DNA of 64,000 nt from Lama glama (Eukaryota): assembly GCA_028534125.1 (NCBI GenBank), contig CM052817.1:10728001-10792000 (forward strand), read 5' to 3'. Numbering within the stretch: position 1 is the first letter of the stretch; every line of letters starts with the position of its first letter. Made by a program: the position numbers and the translations under genes. Below the pieces are notes generated by a model. The model ran no database searches and was not told where the DNA came from. It worked only from the letters and a program-made list of their open reading frames with translations. Shown here one piece after another: positions 1-12,694 of the stretch.

Positions 1-615
1 CATATATCCAAAGGAAACTCTATTTCGATAGGATACATGCACCCCAATGTTCATAGCAGCACTATTCACAATAGCCAAGCCATGGAAGCAACATAAGTGT
101 CCATCAGCAGATGACTGGATAAAGAAGATGTGGGGGGGGGTGTGTGTGTATATATATACACATACATAATGGGCTATTACTCGGCCATAAAAAGAATGAA
201 ATAATGCCACTTGCAGCAACATGGATGGACCTAGAGATTATTATACTACGTGAACTAAGTCAGACAGAGAAAGACCAATATCATATGATATCACTCATAT
301 GTGGAATCCAAAACAGTGATACAAATGAACTTGTCTGCAAAACAGAAACAGACCCATAAACATAGAAAACAAATTTATGGTTGCCAAAGGGGGAAGGGGA
401 GTGGAGAGGTAAGTTAGGAGTTTGGGATTAACAGGTATTACTATATATAAAATAGATAAACAACAAGGACTTACTGATTAGCATAGGGAACTATATTCAA
501 TATCTTTTAATAAACTACAATGGAAAAGAATATACGTGTGTGTGTGTGTATAACCAAATCGCTTTGCTGTACACCTGAAACTAACATAGTCTTAAATCAA
601 CTATACTTCAATTAA
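1..615 (+). mobile_element. L1 LINE 3' end (ORF2 C-terminus + 3' UTR), cetartiodactyl/camelid type; 5' part lies outside the window
   Basis: Translates to DTCTPMFIAALFTIAK..W..KCPS.DDWIKKMW and KKNEIMPLAATWMDLEIIILRELSQTEKDQYHMISLICGI, the L1 ORF2 C-terminus. The 3' UTR has 'agcatagggaactatattcaatatc' and ends 'aaatcaactatacttcaattaa'. Confidence 0.95.
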
Positions 616-924
616 CAAATCAATTCTGTTATAAAAATGGAAACCAAGTGTAGAAGCATGTAGCGCATGAGACATATTATGCACAGACAGAGTAAGTAGA
701 ATGTATGTGTATTAAATGTAACTAAAATGAATGGAACAAATGGTGGAATGACCGTCAGTGGGGAAAGGGAGAAAATACGAAAACTGCTTAACCCAGAATC
801 TGGGGAAGTGGCCCTTCTACCCCCACGTGCATGCACCCTGTCCTAAGTGTGCTAACCTATACCATCTCTTTTCCATTGCATCTCACTGAATTTTTTAAAT
901 TGATCAAATACATGAATTCAAGGA

Positions 925-1320
925 CAGGTTTTCCTCGCTATCTGAAAGCAGAGCGTTCCTGTGAGAACTTTCCTAAGCTGAAAGAAGAAATTACCTTAGG
1001 ACACACCCTGCTAGTGGATGCACAAAATCGCGACGGAGCACAGACGCTCACAGACACAGTTCAAAGCCATGGCGGATTGATGCTGAGATGCCGAGCGCAG
1101 TTCCGGGGGAAGGTGCCGCCTTCGCTGCTTCGGGATGTGCACTGCCTCCGTAACGGCTCCCTGCAAAACAGACACTGAACCCTATTTTTGCTTCTTGCCT
1201 TTTATGGAAAAAGTGAAATCCTCTTTGGATTCCCTTCGGTTAGTGAAAACAGACGCTAACGCAGGTCTTTCATAAAAGCCAAGTGGCGTGAAGCAGACTT
1301 CAGAAAATCAAGGGCTACCT
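925..1320 (-). mobile_element. TcMar-Tigger non-autonomous DNA transposon (Tigger6-like MITE)
   Basis: Imperfect terminal inverted repeats 'caggttttcctcgctatctgaaag' and 'cttcagaaaatcaagggctacct', the latter followed by TA. The internal sequence resembles the recalled Tigger6a consensus. Confidence 0.75.
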
Positions 1321-1894
1321 TACCTTAATTTGGTCTCTTAGCCTCCTCGTTCTGTGACCTCTGGGACAGCCTACCTGGCATTGTCCTTGAGGCCACCGTG
1401 GCATCAAGCTCATTTCCTACACAGCACCTGCCAGCGTATCCAGCTCACTCTGCATTCCCTATCATCACTGCCCCAGGCCCTAACCCTGCGGGTGCCTACT
1501 GGAAAAGGATAACTTTCTGAAAGAGGATATTCCCCCCTAAAAATAACTCCTGCTGGAACTTTTGGTTCTATACAATGTCTGATTTTGGATCTTCATTTAC
1601 ATCAAAGATATATAAACTTGAGTCAGCATTTAAGCCACAAGCACAGCATAAGCTACTTAAAAAAGCTGTCAGAATGATGTGGGTCCCTGCTCCACCCACA
1701 CAGCTCCAGACCCCTGCACTGGGATCAGCAGCTGCCCGGGAAGCCTCAGGTACCACATCTGAGAACTGGGGATGATTTTGTTACCTCTGGCTTTCCTGCC
1801 TGGGGGCGGGCAGGGAAGAAACAAAATACAGCTAACTCCTCTACTCCATTAACCCTGCGCCTGCTGCTGCAGCAGTCTGGGGAGGCAGACCTTT

Positions 1895-2010
1895 GAATTA
1901 TCCTCATTTCACAGAATGAAAAACTGAGTCTCTGGGAGGTGAAATGGCTTGCCCAAGGTCACACAGCAGGATCTGGGGAGAGCTGGGATTTGAACCTCGG
2001 ACAACGGGCT
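1895..2010 (-). mobile_element. MIR SINE
   Basis: MIR core 'cctcatttcacagaatgaaaaactgagtctc...cttgcccaaggtcacacagc...ctgggatttgaacc'. Confidence 0.85.
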
Positions 2011-3781
2011 CTTGAGCATGAACTGCAGGATAGCACCTGTACTGTGCGACGTGGTGGCGGTGCCAGCACCACACTGTCTGTCGTCCAGACCTTTCTCTGA
2101 CACCACCTCTCTACTGCAAGGGGGCAGAAAAGTGCAAAGTGAAAGATATAACACAGGGCGAATAGCAGGGCTTAAAAGAAGCTCTTCTGAATGAACAATA
2201 AACAAACAAAGGAACTAGCAAGCAGCAAACTGGGCATCACAAAATCAAGAGGAAGGTAACTGCCTCCGCTGGGGGAGCGTGGTCTTCAAACACGAGCCAA
2301 GTGAAGGCAGAAAGCATTCTGCTTCCACGGGGTGTGACAGTCAGCTGTTAACCAGCGTCTCAGGCGATACGGGCTTCAACTGTCACTACTGTTAATTGTT
2401 TAATATGGCTTTCAGCTACCTGAATTTGGCCCCCAAACTCCTACCATATTAATTTTGCTCTCCATGTACCATCTTCTAAATTCTCCTCCCATTTTTGAAG
2501 GCAGACCATTCTTTTTCATTTTCATCTGCTAATCCATGCCCTCAGGGCTTCACCCCCAAAGGTTAATCAAAGGCTGTTCCTAAATAAATCAAGTCTCCCC
2601 TAAGACAAACCCTAAGGCCTGCTCTTCATAGCCCTTGTGTCCACCCTGCTTCACAAGCATATTTATAACTGCTATTGCTTTGGTATAAGCGTGTTGGCTT
2701 TGCTACGTGAGGTCTGGCTTCAGCTTTAACTCTCAGAAGAACAATAAAACCTTTACATCTTGAGGATCTGATTTGAATCACTCCCTCCTCTTCTGGAAAT
2801 GCAGAGAAGCCCGGGCTGTGGCTGAATCTAGAAGCCCAGCCAGCATCAGGGGTGGTGACAGGGAAAGAGGAAGTGAGGGACAGCGGCAGTGCCCCAGGGT
2901 GAGGTGGCAAAGGAGGACCTGCCCCGGGGAAAACTTCAGCTAGAAGGTTACATTTTACTAGGGCTTCCAAGGGACCCTTCCTTCCCATGAAACAATGGAC
3001 AGCAAAGATGAGGGTCAGCATCTTTAGCCTAGGCCTTTACTGAAGGGCTCAACCAGGACTTAAAACCACACCCCAGAGCCCCTTAGACAGAGACCAGCTT
3101 CTTACAGTGGAGCACAATCAAGATTGGCAAAGACAAGGGTACATCTATGGCCAACAAGGAACACTCCTCTTGCACATACAGTGCGATAAGCTCAGACTAG
3201 GAGGCTCTTTTTAAGTTTCAGTCTTCTAGTCTAGGCCCATTTTTGCCTCTGTGTTCATGAAATCTCAGATATAGTTTTTTTTTCTTTCTTTCAAAGTTGG
3301 AAGGGACTTAGAAATTTAAACTAGGCATTGTGTTTTGCAGTAGGAAGTAAGCCCAGAGAGGTAAAGTGACTTCCCAGGGCCAAGGGTTGGGCCAAGACCT
3401 GGTGTCCTGACTCAGTCCAGGTCTTTCAGGGTTTGAGCATCTCCAGATTCAGCTTCCTAGAAGGGGTATCGCCCTCCCCCAGTGAAGAGGTAGAAATACC
3501 CTCTCCCTCCAGGTTACAGGACTCTGTTTCCTTAGATACCTGCACTGACTTCAGAGCAAATTCTCGTCTTTGTTTACAGGAGAGCCTGGGGGTCAGAGAA
3601 CTCAAGAGACCTTCCTCTGGGCTCTGGGAGGTTGTATGAAGGGACCAGATGTCAACTGCAGAGAAACTCACTCTAAACCCCAGGCTGAAGTCGCTATGTG
3701 ATCTGAGACCAGGAGCATCCCCATTTCTGAATATTATCCCCCGTCCTCTCCTGCCCTGAGACCCCACGCTTCTGCTGGATC

Positions 3782-3933
3782 TTTTTATTTATTTATTTAA
3801 CATTGTCTATTGGTGGTGGTGGAGAATTAGGTTTACTTTTATTTATTTACTTTTTTGATGGAGGTACTAGGGATTGAACCTAGGACCTCAAGCATGCTAA
3901 GCAGGCTCTCTACCACTGAGCTATACCCTCCCC
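3782..3933 (-). mobile_element. tRNA-Ala-derived camelid SINE (Vic-1-like)
   Basis: Reverse complement reads ggggagggtatagctcagtggtagag...cttagcatg...ggttcaatccctagtacctcca (A and B boxes) followed by an A-rich (taaa)n tail. Degenerate flanking duplication gcttctgctggatctttt / gctccttgcatctttt. Confidence 0.9.
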
Positions 3934-3979
3934 GCTCCTTGCATCTTTTCTTGTAGCTGGTTTAGGTCTTTTGCTGTTG

Positions 3980-4061
3980 GTGCCTGCACGACCCTGAAAG
4001 TGAGCACCTCCCTGAATTTTTGTCGTCGAGGCCTCACTAGCCTCCTCAAGTCCTGGCCTTG
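3980..4061. mobile_element. hAT MITE fragment (MER96-like)
   Basis: 'tgcacgaccctgaaagtgagcacctccctgaatttt...gcctcactagcctcctcaagtcctggccttg' resembles one half of MER96. Confidence 0.55.
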
Positions 4062-4721
4062 TTGTCACAGCTTCTTGCCTTTAAACCCATTCTCCATTCT
4101 GTAGTTGGACTCATCTTTTCAGAATTTAGATCACTGCCCCTACTTAAACCCCGTCGCATCTCCCTTTTGCCCCAGGATAGACTCCAAATTCCTTTGCTCA
4201 GTGTATAAGCCTGTCCAGGAACCAGGGTGAAGATCTCAAACTGTGAGCTCAGCAGAATCCAGCTTGGAGATGAATCTGTTCAGCCCATAATCCCTAATAA
4301 TTCCAGGATTTCCATTTAGAGACACAAATTTCTAGCTTCTCTTGAGAAAAGATTTGAAGTTACTCCTCATTCCTTAGTTTTTTTCCTCAGTAAAATAAAT
4401 GTTCTCAGTAATAATACAAAATAAATGAAACAGTGCATGTCATTCTTAGTTATGACTACAGATGCTGGCGTGGCCCTTGCTGGTTGGCGCTGAGCCACGT
4501 GCACCCCCTCGGAGGGGCAAGAGGGCTCCCCAGTCTGCACCTCTCCCTGCTGCACCCCTCCTTCCAGCTACCTGGCTGGCTCCTGGAGGTGTTTGAGCTT
4601 GTCTCCTGTTTGAGTCCCCACCTGTCCCTAGTCTCCATTCTCTACACTTCCTGCCTCACATTTTTGAACAACACTAAACAGCTTGGGTTTCCTCCACGTG
4701 CTTTTTCAGCCTGAATCTGAG

Positions 4722-5193
4722 TGTAATAGGGAAGAACAAACCTGACTCTATTTTGGATCTGTTTCTTTTACTTTAACCTTTGTATTCTATTGCTTTTGCT
4801 GCAAGTTAATCACCAAAGGGATGTTGCCTATAAGCTTAAATTAATGGACCATCTCTGGGAACCCTGTCTCCCAGGTAATGAGCGTTAACCTAAAATACCT
4901 TTGTTTAACTCACAGGAAACATCCTGACCAGGCCCACCTGTGAATGACTATGAGACGGAAGAAATTAATAGATTCCCCCCAGAGGCTGATGGGAACCAGG
5001 AAATGTTTGACTTTACTCCCTCCCCGTTTTAGTATAAAAGAAGCATGAATTCTAACTCAGGCAAGATGGTTCTTTGGGACACCAGTCCACCATCTTCTCA
5101 GTCTGCTGACTTTCCAAATAAATTCCCTATTCTTCGTCCTTCAATTTATTGGCCTCTTGTGTCATGAAAAGTACAAGCTTGGGCCCAGTAATA
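4722..5193 (+). mobile_element. ERV1-class solo LTR (MER41/MER34-like group, family from recall)
   Basis: Starts TGTAA and ends 'cagtaata'. 4-bp target duplication tgag/agag (1 mismatch). TATAAAA at 5033-5039 and AATAAA at 5117-5122, in LTR order. Typical ERV1 R/U5 'gatggttctttgggacaccagtccaccatcttctc'. Confidence 0.85.
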
Positions 5194-5449
5194 AGAGCTT
5201 TGATCATTCTTGACACGTGGAAGATGTACTTTGTCTACAGACCTCACTGGAGAGTAATGCCATGCCCCACCCCAGGCGGGGACACCAGCATGCTGCCCAG
5301 TGCTGAGCACAGGCTAAAACCCAAGTGTTTCTAGAAATAAATTAAACTGAGAAAGCCAACAGTTAACTGATTGACATGGATTTATACCCTCTCTTGGTTT
5401 CTAAAAAGCCTGCACTTTCAATCAGTAACAGTATTCCACATCCAATTCC

Positions 5450-5570
5450 AGAAGAGCCTGAGTTGAGAGTTAAATCAAGTTGAGTTTCAATCCCAGCCCT
5501 GTCACTTATTTTTGACCGTGGGCTGGTTACATAATCTCTCTGAGTCATGGTTTTCTCACCTTCCAAAAGG
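5450..5570 (+). mobile_element. MIR SINE (interrupted by the downstream L1 fragment)
   Basis: 'gagtttcaatcccagccctgtcactta...aatctctctgagtcatggttttctcacc'. Confidence 0.65.
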
Positions 5571-5594
5571 ACCTCACAGCTATTCTGTTCCTAA

Positions 5595-6090
5595 GTATTA
5601 TGAAAACACATGTCCACACAATAACTTATATGTAAATATTTATAGCAGCTTCCTTCACAATAGCCAAAAACTCAAAAAAAAAGAAGTGTTCATCAACAGA
5701 TGAATGGCTAAACCAGCTAGAGTGTAACCCATTCAGTGGAACAGAACTCAGGGCTCAGGGATAAAAAGGAACGTAGTACAGACACACACAACAATGTGAG
5801 TGAATCTTAAAGGCATTGTCCTACATGAAAGATGATGATACATGTATGATTCCACTTTTATATGTAAACCAATACATTATGACAAAAAGCATAAAAGCAT
5901 GATGACAAAAAGATGGATGGAAAGAAGAATTCTAATGGGATTTGAAGAGCCCTTCCGGGATGATGGACAGGTTCTGAATCAGGACTGTGGTGGTGGTTTC
6001 ATGGGCACACACCACTGTCAAAACTCATTGAATTGTACACTTTAGATGCATGTAGTTTACTGTGCAAAAATAATTCCCCTATAAATCTGA
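5595..6090 (+). mobile_element. Old L1M (L1MC/MD-like) 3' end
   Basis: 'aaaacacatgtccacaca...tttatagcagc...aatagccaaaaact...tcaacagatgaatgg' and terminal 'gtcaaaactcattgaattgtacactt'. Confidence 0.8.
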
Positions 6091-9000
6091 GAAGAACCAA
6101 AGTTAAAAACATAACCCCTATTATGTTCAGCAGCATTTATCGGTAATGCATGAGTAATTAAATAGTAATAGTAGCAGAGGGTTATTTTTTTTTTTGGCAG
6201 TGGTGCTTATTTTAAACATGTGAATTAATATTAAGACCTATTGCATTAAGGAAGAATGATATAACTAATTTTGTAGCAGTTATTTGACATTTTTCAATGC
6301 AATCTTGACTAAGTCAATTGTAATTTAAAATTTAGTAGGACAGTGTTTATATATACACATGGACTTAAACTATGCAGGTGTAGACATGTCATAAAAATAT
6401 TTTCTAGATATTTTAGTTGAGGTTGGAAGAGAAGAGAAGTGTAGGCCAGGGCCTGCCCTGTTTGGTGGATTTGTGGGACCAGTGCCAAAACCTCTGGAGG
6501 GGACAGGAGGTTTCCATTGTGGTGGCTTCTCTGGACCAACCAGCAGCTCCAGGGAGAGGCCTGGACCACAGGAAGCCTTATCACCAGCTCATCTCTCATC
6601 TTCTGTTCCTCACACTTTTGTGGACCCGAAGCGGGCTTTCCTTCTGGTGTGCCTGGCAGAAACTAGCATCATCATTTCCTTCTCAGGTTTCAATTTTCCT
6701 CCAAGTGTCTAGTAGATAGGGGTTCCCTAACAAGGACAACAAGAAAAGACCTCGTCCTAAGAGATAAATGGGGAAAGTGATGGGGAGTTGGGAGCAGGCG
6801 CCATCCTTTATCTCACCAAATACCAAATACCTGTCTCCCACAGCCTGCTCTTGACCTCGCTCTGCAATTTCATTCAGCTTTTCGATCATTATCTTAATAG
6901 GCATCTACCCATCATTTACCAAAATGCAGTAAGTGGGCTGATCATTTTTCTGAAGATAAAAATGACATCTCTATTCTCTCTTTCTCTCTCTCTCTCTTAA
7001 AGCTGCTGCTTATCCATTATTTTAACTCTGGCTTTTCTGGGCTTTCTAGGATGGCTTAGTGTGCTGGCTGAGTCTGTAAAAGCTGGGGAGACAGAGAGTT
7101 AAATCATCAGCTAGAGAATTTGATCGTGTAGGCCTAGACTCCTGGTAGTTCAGTGCAAATGAAAGCAGCAAGTTTCTTTCAACCTTAATTATCTGTGTAA
7201 TTACCTTAGCCCAGAGAGACACAGCCTAAGAATCTCAAGAAAGGTGGCTTTCTTTTTCTCAATCCATCAGTGGCATAGTCAGCAACATGTATTATGCGCC
7301 AACTGTATGAAGCAACTCTACATTAAATATTGAGTGGTACCCAAGAGGTGTATTATAGATGTTGCAAATGCACCTCTAAATAACCTAACTACAGAATCAA
7401 GACCATTGGAATACCTGATGTGTACTAGGCACTGCGCTAGCTGCAAAGATTCAAGGACACACAATATGGGGCCTTAAGGGAAGAATAAGTAAGCCAAAAA
7501 TGTGTGCGGCGGAGCAGTGTCATTTTTGTGATGCTGACCCATATGCATGGCAGGAGTTTAGGGAAGGAACAGTCAAGATGCAGGAGATGTCAGTCAACAT
7601 CTAATGAGCATTCTTCTGTGCCCAGCATCACCACTTTGACTTTTGCCCACCAATCACCGCAGATTTTTACAGCTCAAATGCCACCTCTTCTGTGAAGCAG
7701 TCCTGGCCCCTTAGGCAAAAGGAATTACCCCTTACTCAGCGCTCCCAGAACATGCAGCTATCTGGCGCTGATATCATTCTGTTCTGTGTGGAAGTGAATT
7801 GTCTCTAAGACTGTTTTGGCCACCGGATCCTTCTTGGGGTTTAGAAGGCTAGTCCTACCCATTCGTGTCTTTATCTTCGAGAACATTCACTACCCTAACT
7901 TGCACAGACTAGTTTTAATAATTCCCTATAAGAAAAAGGTGTGATCAAAGGTGATGACTGAAAAGGCACCTTGACTCCCTTCCAAGGAGCCTCACCAGAA
8001 GGCTTTGTCCTGATGAATTTATGTTGGCATTTTGGGTTCAAAAATTTGATTTTGATAAGTGTAGAAGAATAGTTCCTTATCTCAACTCCTCCTAACCCAG
8101 TTCACATGACTGAGGCACAAAACTCTCTTAGCGTCCTCAGAAATTATGGAGTACTCTTCCCTCTTAATATTTTTTTTAAATCTCAAAGAGATGGAAATTT
8201 GGGGGAAACAAGGAACCAAAGGGAAAAAAAGGTTATGTTTTATCTAAATACAATATTTATTCTCTGACAAAAGCAATGCCATGCTGAATTGGTATGTCAC
8301 TGGCCCAGCTTCCAGCCCTCTGTCCAAGAGGGATTCTTTAATTGTGCAAATGACACCACCTTCTGAGCTGACAGGTAATGCCGTAATGATCTGAGGGCCC
8401 ATGAGCAAAGGGGGAACCATGCTTTGTAGCAAATCTCTCAGGCCAAGTAGGCAATCTTTCTCCACGTTTTTGATCCTCCACTCTGCTCTCCTTTAGAGAA
8501 GCAACTGACAATGGATGGGCCTGTAATGACATTCAGTCCCAACTCTCTTTACTGCCCCAGACACAGAAGGCCAAGTTTCTTGCATTTCTGTAACTGAAGC
8601 ATAGAAAGTGAGCAGAAATAGTAAACAAAGAGGTTTTGGACAAAAGATTTTTCTGGAGTGGTATTTCTCTTCATTTTGATGTGGCCTTCTTATGGAAAGG
8701 AGAATACCAACTTTCTTTTAACAATGTCAGAGCCTGCAGAACCCAATTCCCACCTATGGGCAGAAGGAGTCATCCCATGGTAATGTTTCAGGGTCTCAGA
8801 CCAATAGGAAACTTCACCCCCCAGCCAGGTCATTTCTAATATGGACGTTAATGTATTCATTCACATTGAGGATGTTGTCCATTGGGCCACAGCGCTCTCT
8901 TTGCTGCAGGTCAACCTGCTCAGGGAGTCATACCCGGCACAGAATGCGCTGAGTGAGCATGGATTGGATCAAAATGAGTCTGCTAAAATAGTAGTGTCTA

Positions 9001-9360
9001 ACTGACTGATTCCAGTGAAGACATTTTACCAAAAGGATCATCTTCCCATCAAGATCTGAAAACACGAATGTGGGCTCCCTTGGACTCTTCTGAGACAAGC
9101 ACTATCCAGGTTACTCTGGGACTCCTCCATGCCTCACCATGAATCGTCCCATTTGCCTGTCCATTCGTTCAAGTCACAGACATGGCTTACAATGTAGAAC
9201 TCCTCTTTTCTTAAAGAGGCTTTAAACATCTCTGCTGTGCTTTTTTTTAAGCTGTTAATTTCACATTTGAACCCTCAGAGGGCAATTTTATTTCCCCTCT
9301 TTCCAAATTTGTGATATATCACATCACAGATCACAAATGCAATAAAAATAAGGAATCAAA

Positions 9361-9563
9361 AATACTGTATAGCACAGGGAACTATATTCACTAACTTGTA
9401 ATAGCCTATAATGAAAAATAATATGAAAAGGGATATATATTAATAGATTTATCTATTTATCTATCTATCTATCTATCTGTAAAACTGAATCACAGTGCTG
9501 TACACCAGAAATTAACACAACATTGTAAACTGACTGCATGTCAATTAAAAAAGAAGAAAGAAA
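9361..9563 (+). mobile_element. 5'-truncated young L1 3' UTR with internal (TATC)n
   Basis: 'actgtatagcacagggaactatattca...tgctgtacaccagaaattaacacaacattgtaaactgac...caattaaaaaag'. Confidence 0.9.
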
Positions 9564-9569
9564 GGCTAC

Positions 9570-9760
9570 ATTTGCAATCAAAATCCTGAATTCAAATCCT
9601 GGTTCTGCCACCGACCACCTGTGTTACTTAGACAAAATGTTCTTCCTACCTTTCCAAACCTCAGATTTCTCTTTCAGGAGAACATGACTACTTCCTAAGA
9701 TGTTAACTTACAGGAATGACCAAGAGAATATGTATACAAAAGCCTAGAACAGAGACTATA
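9570..9760 (+). mobile_element. MIR SINE
   Basis: 'cctgaattcaaatcctggttctgccac...tgtgttacttagacaaaa...cctcagatttctc'. Confidence 0.65.
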
Positions 9761-9789
9761 TGTCAATCAAATTTGATTCTGAAAACCTA

Positions 9790-10058
9790 GCTGAAACTTA
9801 ACCACCAAAGTAAAAGCTTCCCTGACTTCTCCAGCTACGAGTGGTCCTCCACCTGCAGACCCCTATTACATACAGCACACACCACCAGTGCAGCCGTTAA
9901 CATGTCCTATATTCATTTTTAAGTCCCTGTCCGTTTCTTGATTAGAAAGTCCTCAATGGCAGGTATCAACCCATATTCACTCATGAACCCCCAGACCTGA
10001 GATGGTCTCTTACACAAAGGAGGTCTTTACAAATATTTGTAAAATGAATGAATGAATG
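9790..10058 (+). mobile_element. L2 LINE 3' end
   Basis: Ends with the L2 tail 'aaatatttgtaaaatgaatgaatgaatg'. Confidence 0.7.
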
Positions 10059-10820
10059 TTATCAAAAGCTCTAGCCCTAACTAACTCAGAAAATGAAGGT
10101 GGCATTCTCATAAATGTTATAAAAAATCTCTCCCACACTATGTCGTTCTTATATGGCACCAGTTCACATGGCACTTTGGATTTGAAGTCTTCAATTTCCA
10201 GATGCATTTACAATTTACCTCACCAGGGCAGGTCTTTGCAGGCTCTTGATGATGTAAAATTACCCAAGAAGAGTCTCATGAAATATACATTGGTTTCTTC
10301 ATGTCTTCCTTTTACAGAAAGAAAGACTAGAGCCCTAACTCCTAATTGATGTCAAAAACCACATTTCCTTGCCACAGTTTTTGGTTTTTTATTGCTTCCT
10401 GTCATCAATTATAATTTTATAGCAGAAATTATTTAGTTTTCCATGTGTTCGTGAAGACTCTAAGAGTTATAAGCTGGCTTCTCTTCTGTGTGCAAAGGAA
10501 AAAAAGGCAGGAGAATTTGGGGGAAGAAAGTGAGTAAGAAAAGAATAAGAAAGTTCTCTAAAAGGAATTCAGAGTTTAAACTGGCTTTAAATGCTACACA
10601 CTAAAGACCAGAGCAGACTCAGTTTTTAAAATGAATATATAATTTGCTCAGTGCCCTTTTCTTTATTTTAGCTTAAAAAAGAATGTGATGAAGCAAGTTC
10701 AATGGATTTTCCTATTAACATTATAATGTTACATTAATATATTATATTAATACATTGTTAGAATTATGTATGTTATAATTAATAACATATATTAATGTTA
10801 GTTTAATAAAAAGCACAGAT

Positions 10821-11200
10821 TATTTTATTTAAGTATAGTCTGTTACAATATCCCAGTCATGCATATACATACATATATTCATTTTCATATTCTTTTTCCT
10901 TAAAGATTATTAAAGATATTGAATATAGTTTCCTGTGCTATACAGAAAAAAATTTTAAATTTGTTTTTATATATGGTGACTAACATTTGCAAATCTCAAA
11001 CTCCCAAATTTATCCCTTCCTACCCCCTTCCCCTGGTAACCATAAGATTGTTTACTATGTCTGCAAGTCTGTTTCTGTTTTGTAGATGAATTCATTGGCG
11101 TCCTCTTTTTTTTCTTTCTTTTTTTTTTTTGATTCCACATATGAGAGATATCATATGGTATTTTTATTTCTCTTTCTGGCTTACTTCACTCAGAATAACA
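10821..11200 (-). mobile_element. Young L1 3' end (camelid type) nested in an older L1M tail
   Basis: 'ttttatttaagtatagtc...tattgaatatagtttcctgtgctatacag...ggtaaccataag...gattccacatatgagagatatcatatggta...ctggcttacttcactcagaat'. Confidence 0.9.
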
Positions 11201-11974
11201 ATTTTTAAGTGCAGTTTTATGGGTTTTACAAATGTCTGTCTATACCCTTGTAACTCTATACTGATCAAGATATAGCACATCTTCATTTCCTCAGAATTTT
11301 CCTTTCTGTCCGTTTTTGGATCCCCTCTCACCCCCTGTTCCTCAAATCAGTGGATCATAATATTTTTGGCTCCATGGGTTATTTCTTAGAATCTGATAAA
11401 AGCTACAGACCTTTTCACACTGGGTCAGAGAAGTGGGCATATATGAATGAATCCAGGTTAAGGACCCCAAGCAAGTTTCATTAATCCTTTCATTTATATA
11501 TTCAGAAATCTTTCTTGAGTACAGACTGAGTGCTTGGAATAGGTGTTACGCAGATAATGGTAAAGAAAAATGGCACCATTCTTCCCTCCTTGATTTACAG
11601 CAAGGAGAGAAGCAAGGAACAAGAAAGCAGAAAAAGATTGACTGTCAGACTGTGATGAATGCAATGAGGGCAATTATCAGTCCAGGTGTAGTGATAAAGA
11701 ACAGCATGAAGAGGCTCTTTAACAGCTTTAGGGAAGCTCTCTGTGAGGAGGTGACCTAGGCATGAAAGAAAGCTAGCCAGGCAAAGAGACAGAGAAGAGC
11801 TTTCCAAAAGAGACAACTGTTTGATTGCTGCCTATCTAAATTCCCCTTCCCCTTCCACTCAAATTCTGTCCTAAAATATAGAATGTTAATTTCACTCATT
11901 TACAGAGCAGTACAAATATTTAAAGAAAATTTATATTTTCACATGACATTGTTTTTAATTACTATGCCAATAGT

Positions 11975-12503
11975 TTTATTGGTTATCTACTGGCTGTGTA
12001 ACAAGTCACCCCAAAATCTAGTGGTTTAAACAACAATAACTTTACTATCTCTTGTGATTTGTATGGGTCAGGAATTCAGGAAGTACTGGCTGAGTGGTTC
12101 CAGGCCAGGGTCTCTTATGGAGTTGAAATTAGTCTTGACTTGATCTGGAACAGCAGGAAGTGGCCAGGGATTCTCTTTCTTAATAAAGTCTCAGGGATTC
12201 TTCATGTGGTATCTCTGGAAAAACTACTTTGGGCTTCCTTACAGCATGGCAGTGTCAAGACAGTTGGACAGCTTCCATGGTGACTGAAGTCTTCAGGAGT
12301 AAATATTCCAATGAGAAAGACAGAAGCTGAATGTCTTTTATGACCTAATTGTAGAAGTCACTGTGTTACTTTCACCATGCTCTATTCATCAATCAGTCAA
12401 AAGATTTCAAGAGGAGATACACACTGGAGAGTAGCAAGATTCTAGAAGAATATATGGAATAAGAATATTGTTGCAATCATCTTTAGAAAGTAGAATCAAC
12501 CAT
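11975..12503 (-). mobile_element. MaLR LTR (MLT1G/H-like)
   Basis: 'gctgtgtaacaagtcaccccaaaatctagtggtttaaacaac...tgggtcaggaattcagg...gggcttccttacagcatggcag'. Confidence 0.75.
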
Positions 12504-12694
12504 GGGCAGGCAGGGGAGATGGGTAAGGGGAGAAGAGAGTGGATTCCAAGGTAAGGTGGAGAATAGCTCTAATAAGTACAAGAAGGTAGATAAGTGATGG
12601 ACACGTGGGCACATTCAGAAGTTTCATGAAGAAGAAGAGAGTGTCAGTTTGTATATGTTCAGTCACACACACACAAAAAGAGTGAGAGAGAGAG

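Noticed and set aside
144..359. 71-aa ORF with a protein-like sequence
   Set aside because: It is the frameshifted C-terminus of L1 ORF2, not a host gene.
3855..3933. tRNA-Ala(AGC)-like sequence (also about 45090-45160 and 50573-50645)
   Set aside because: Each has SINE-type A-rich tails, stem mismatches and an altered 5' end. They are tRNA-derived SINEs, not tRNA genes.
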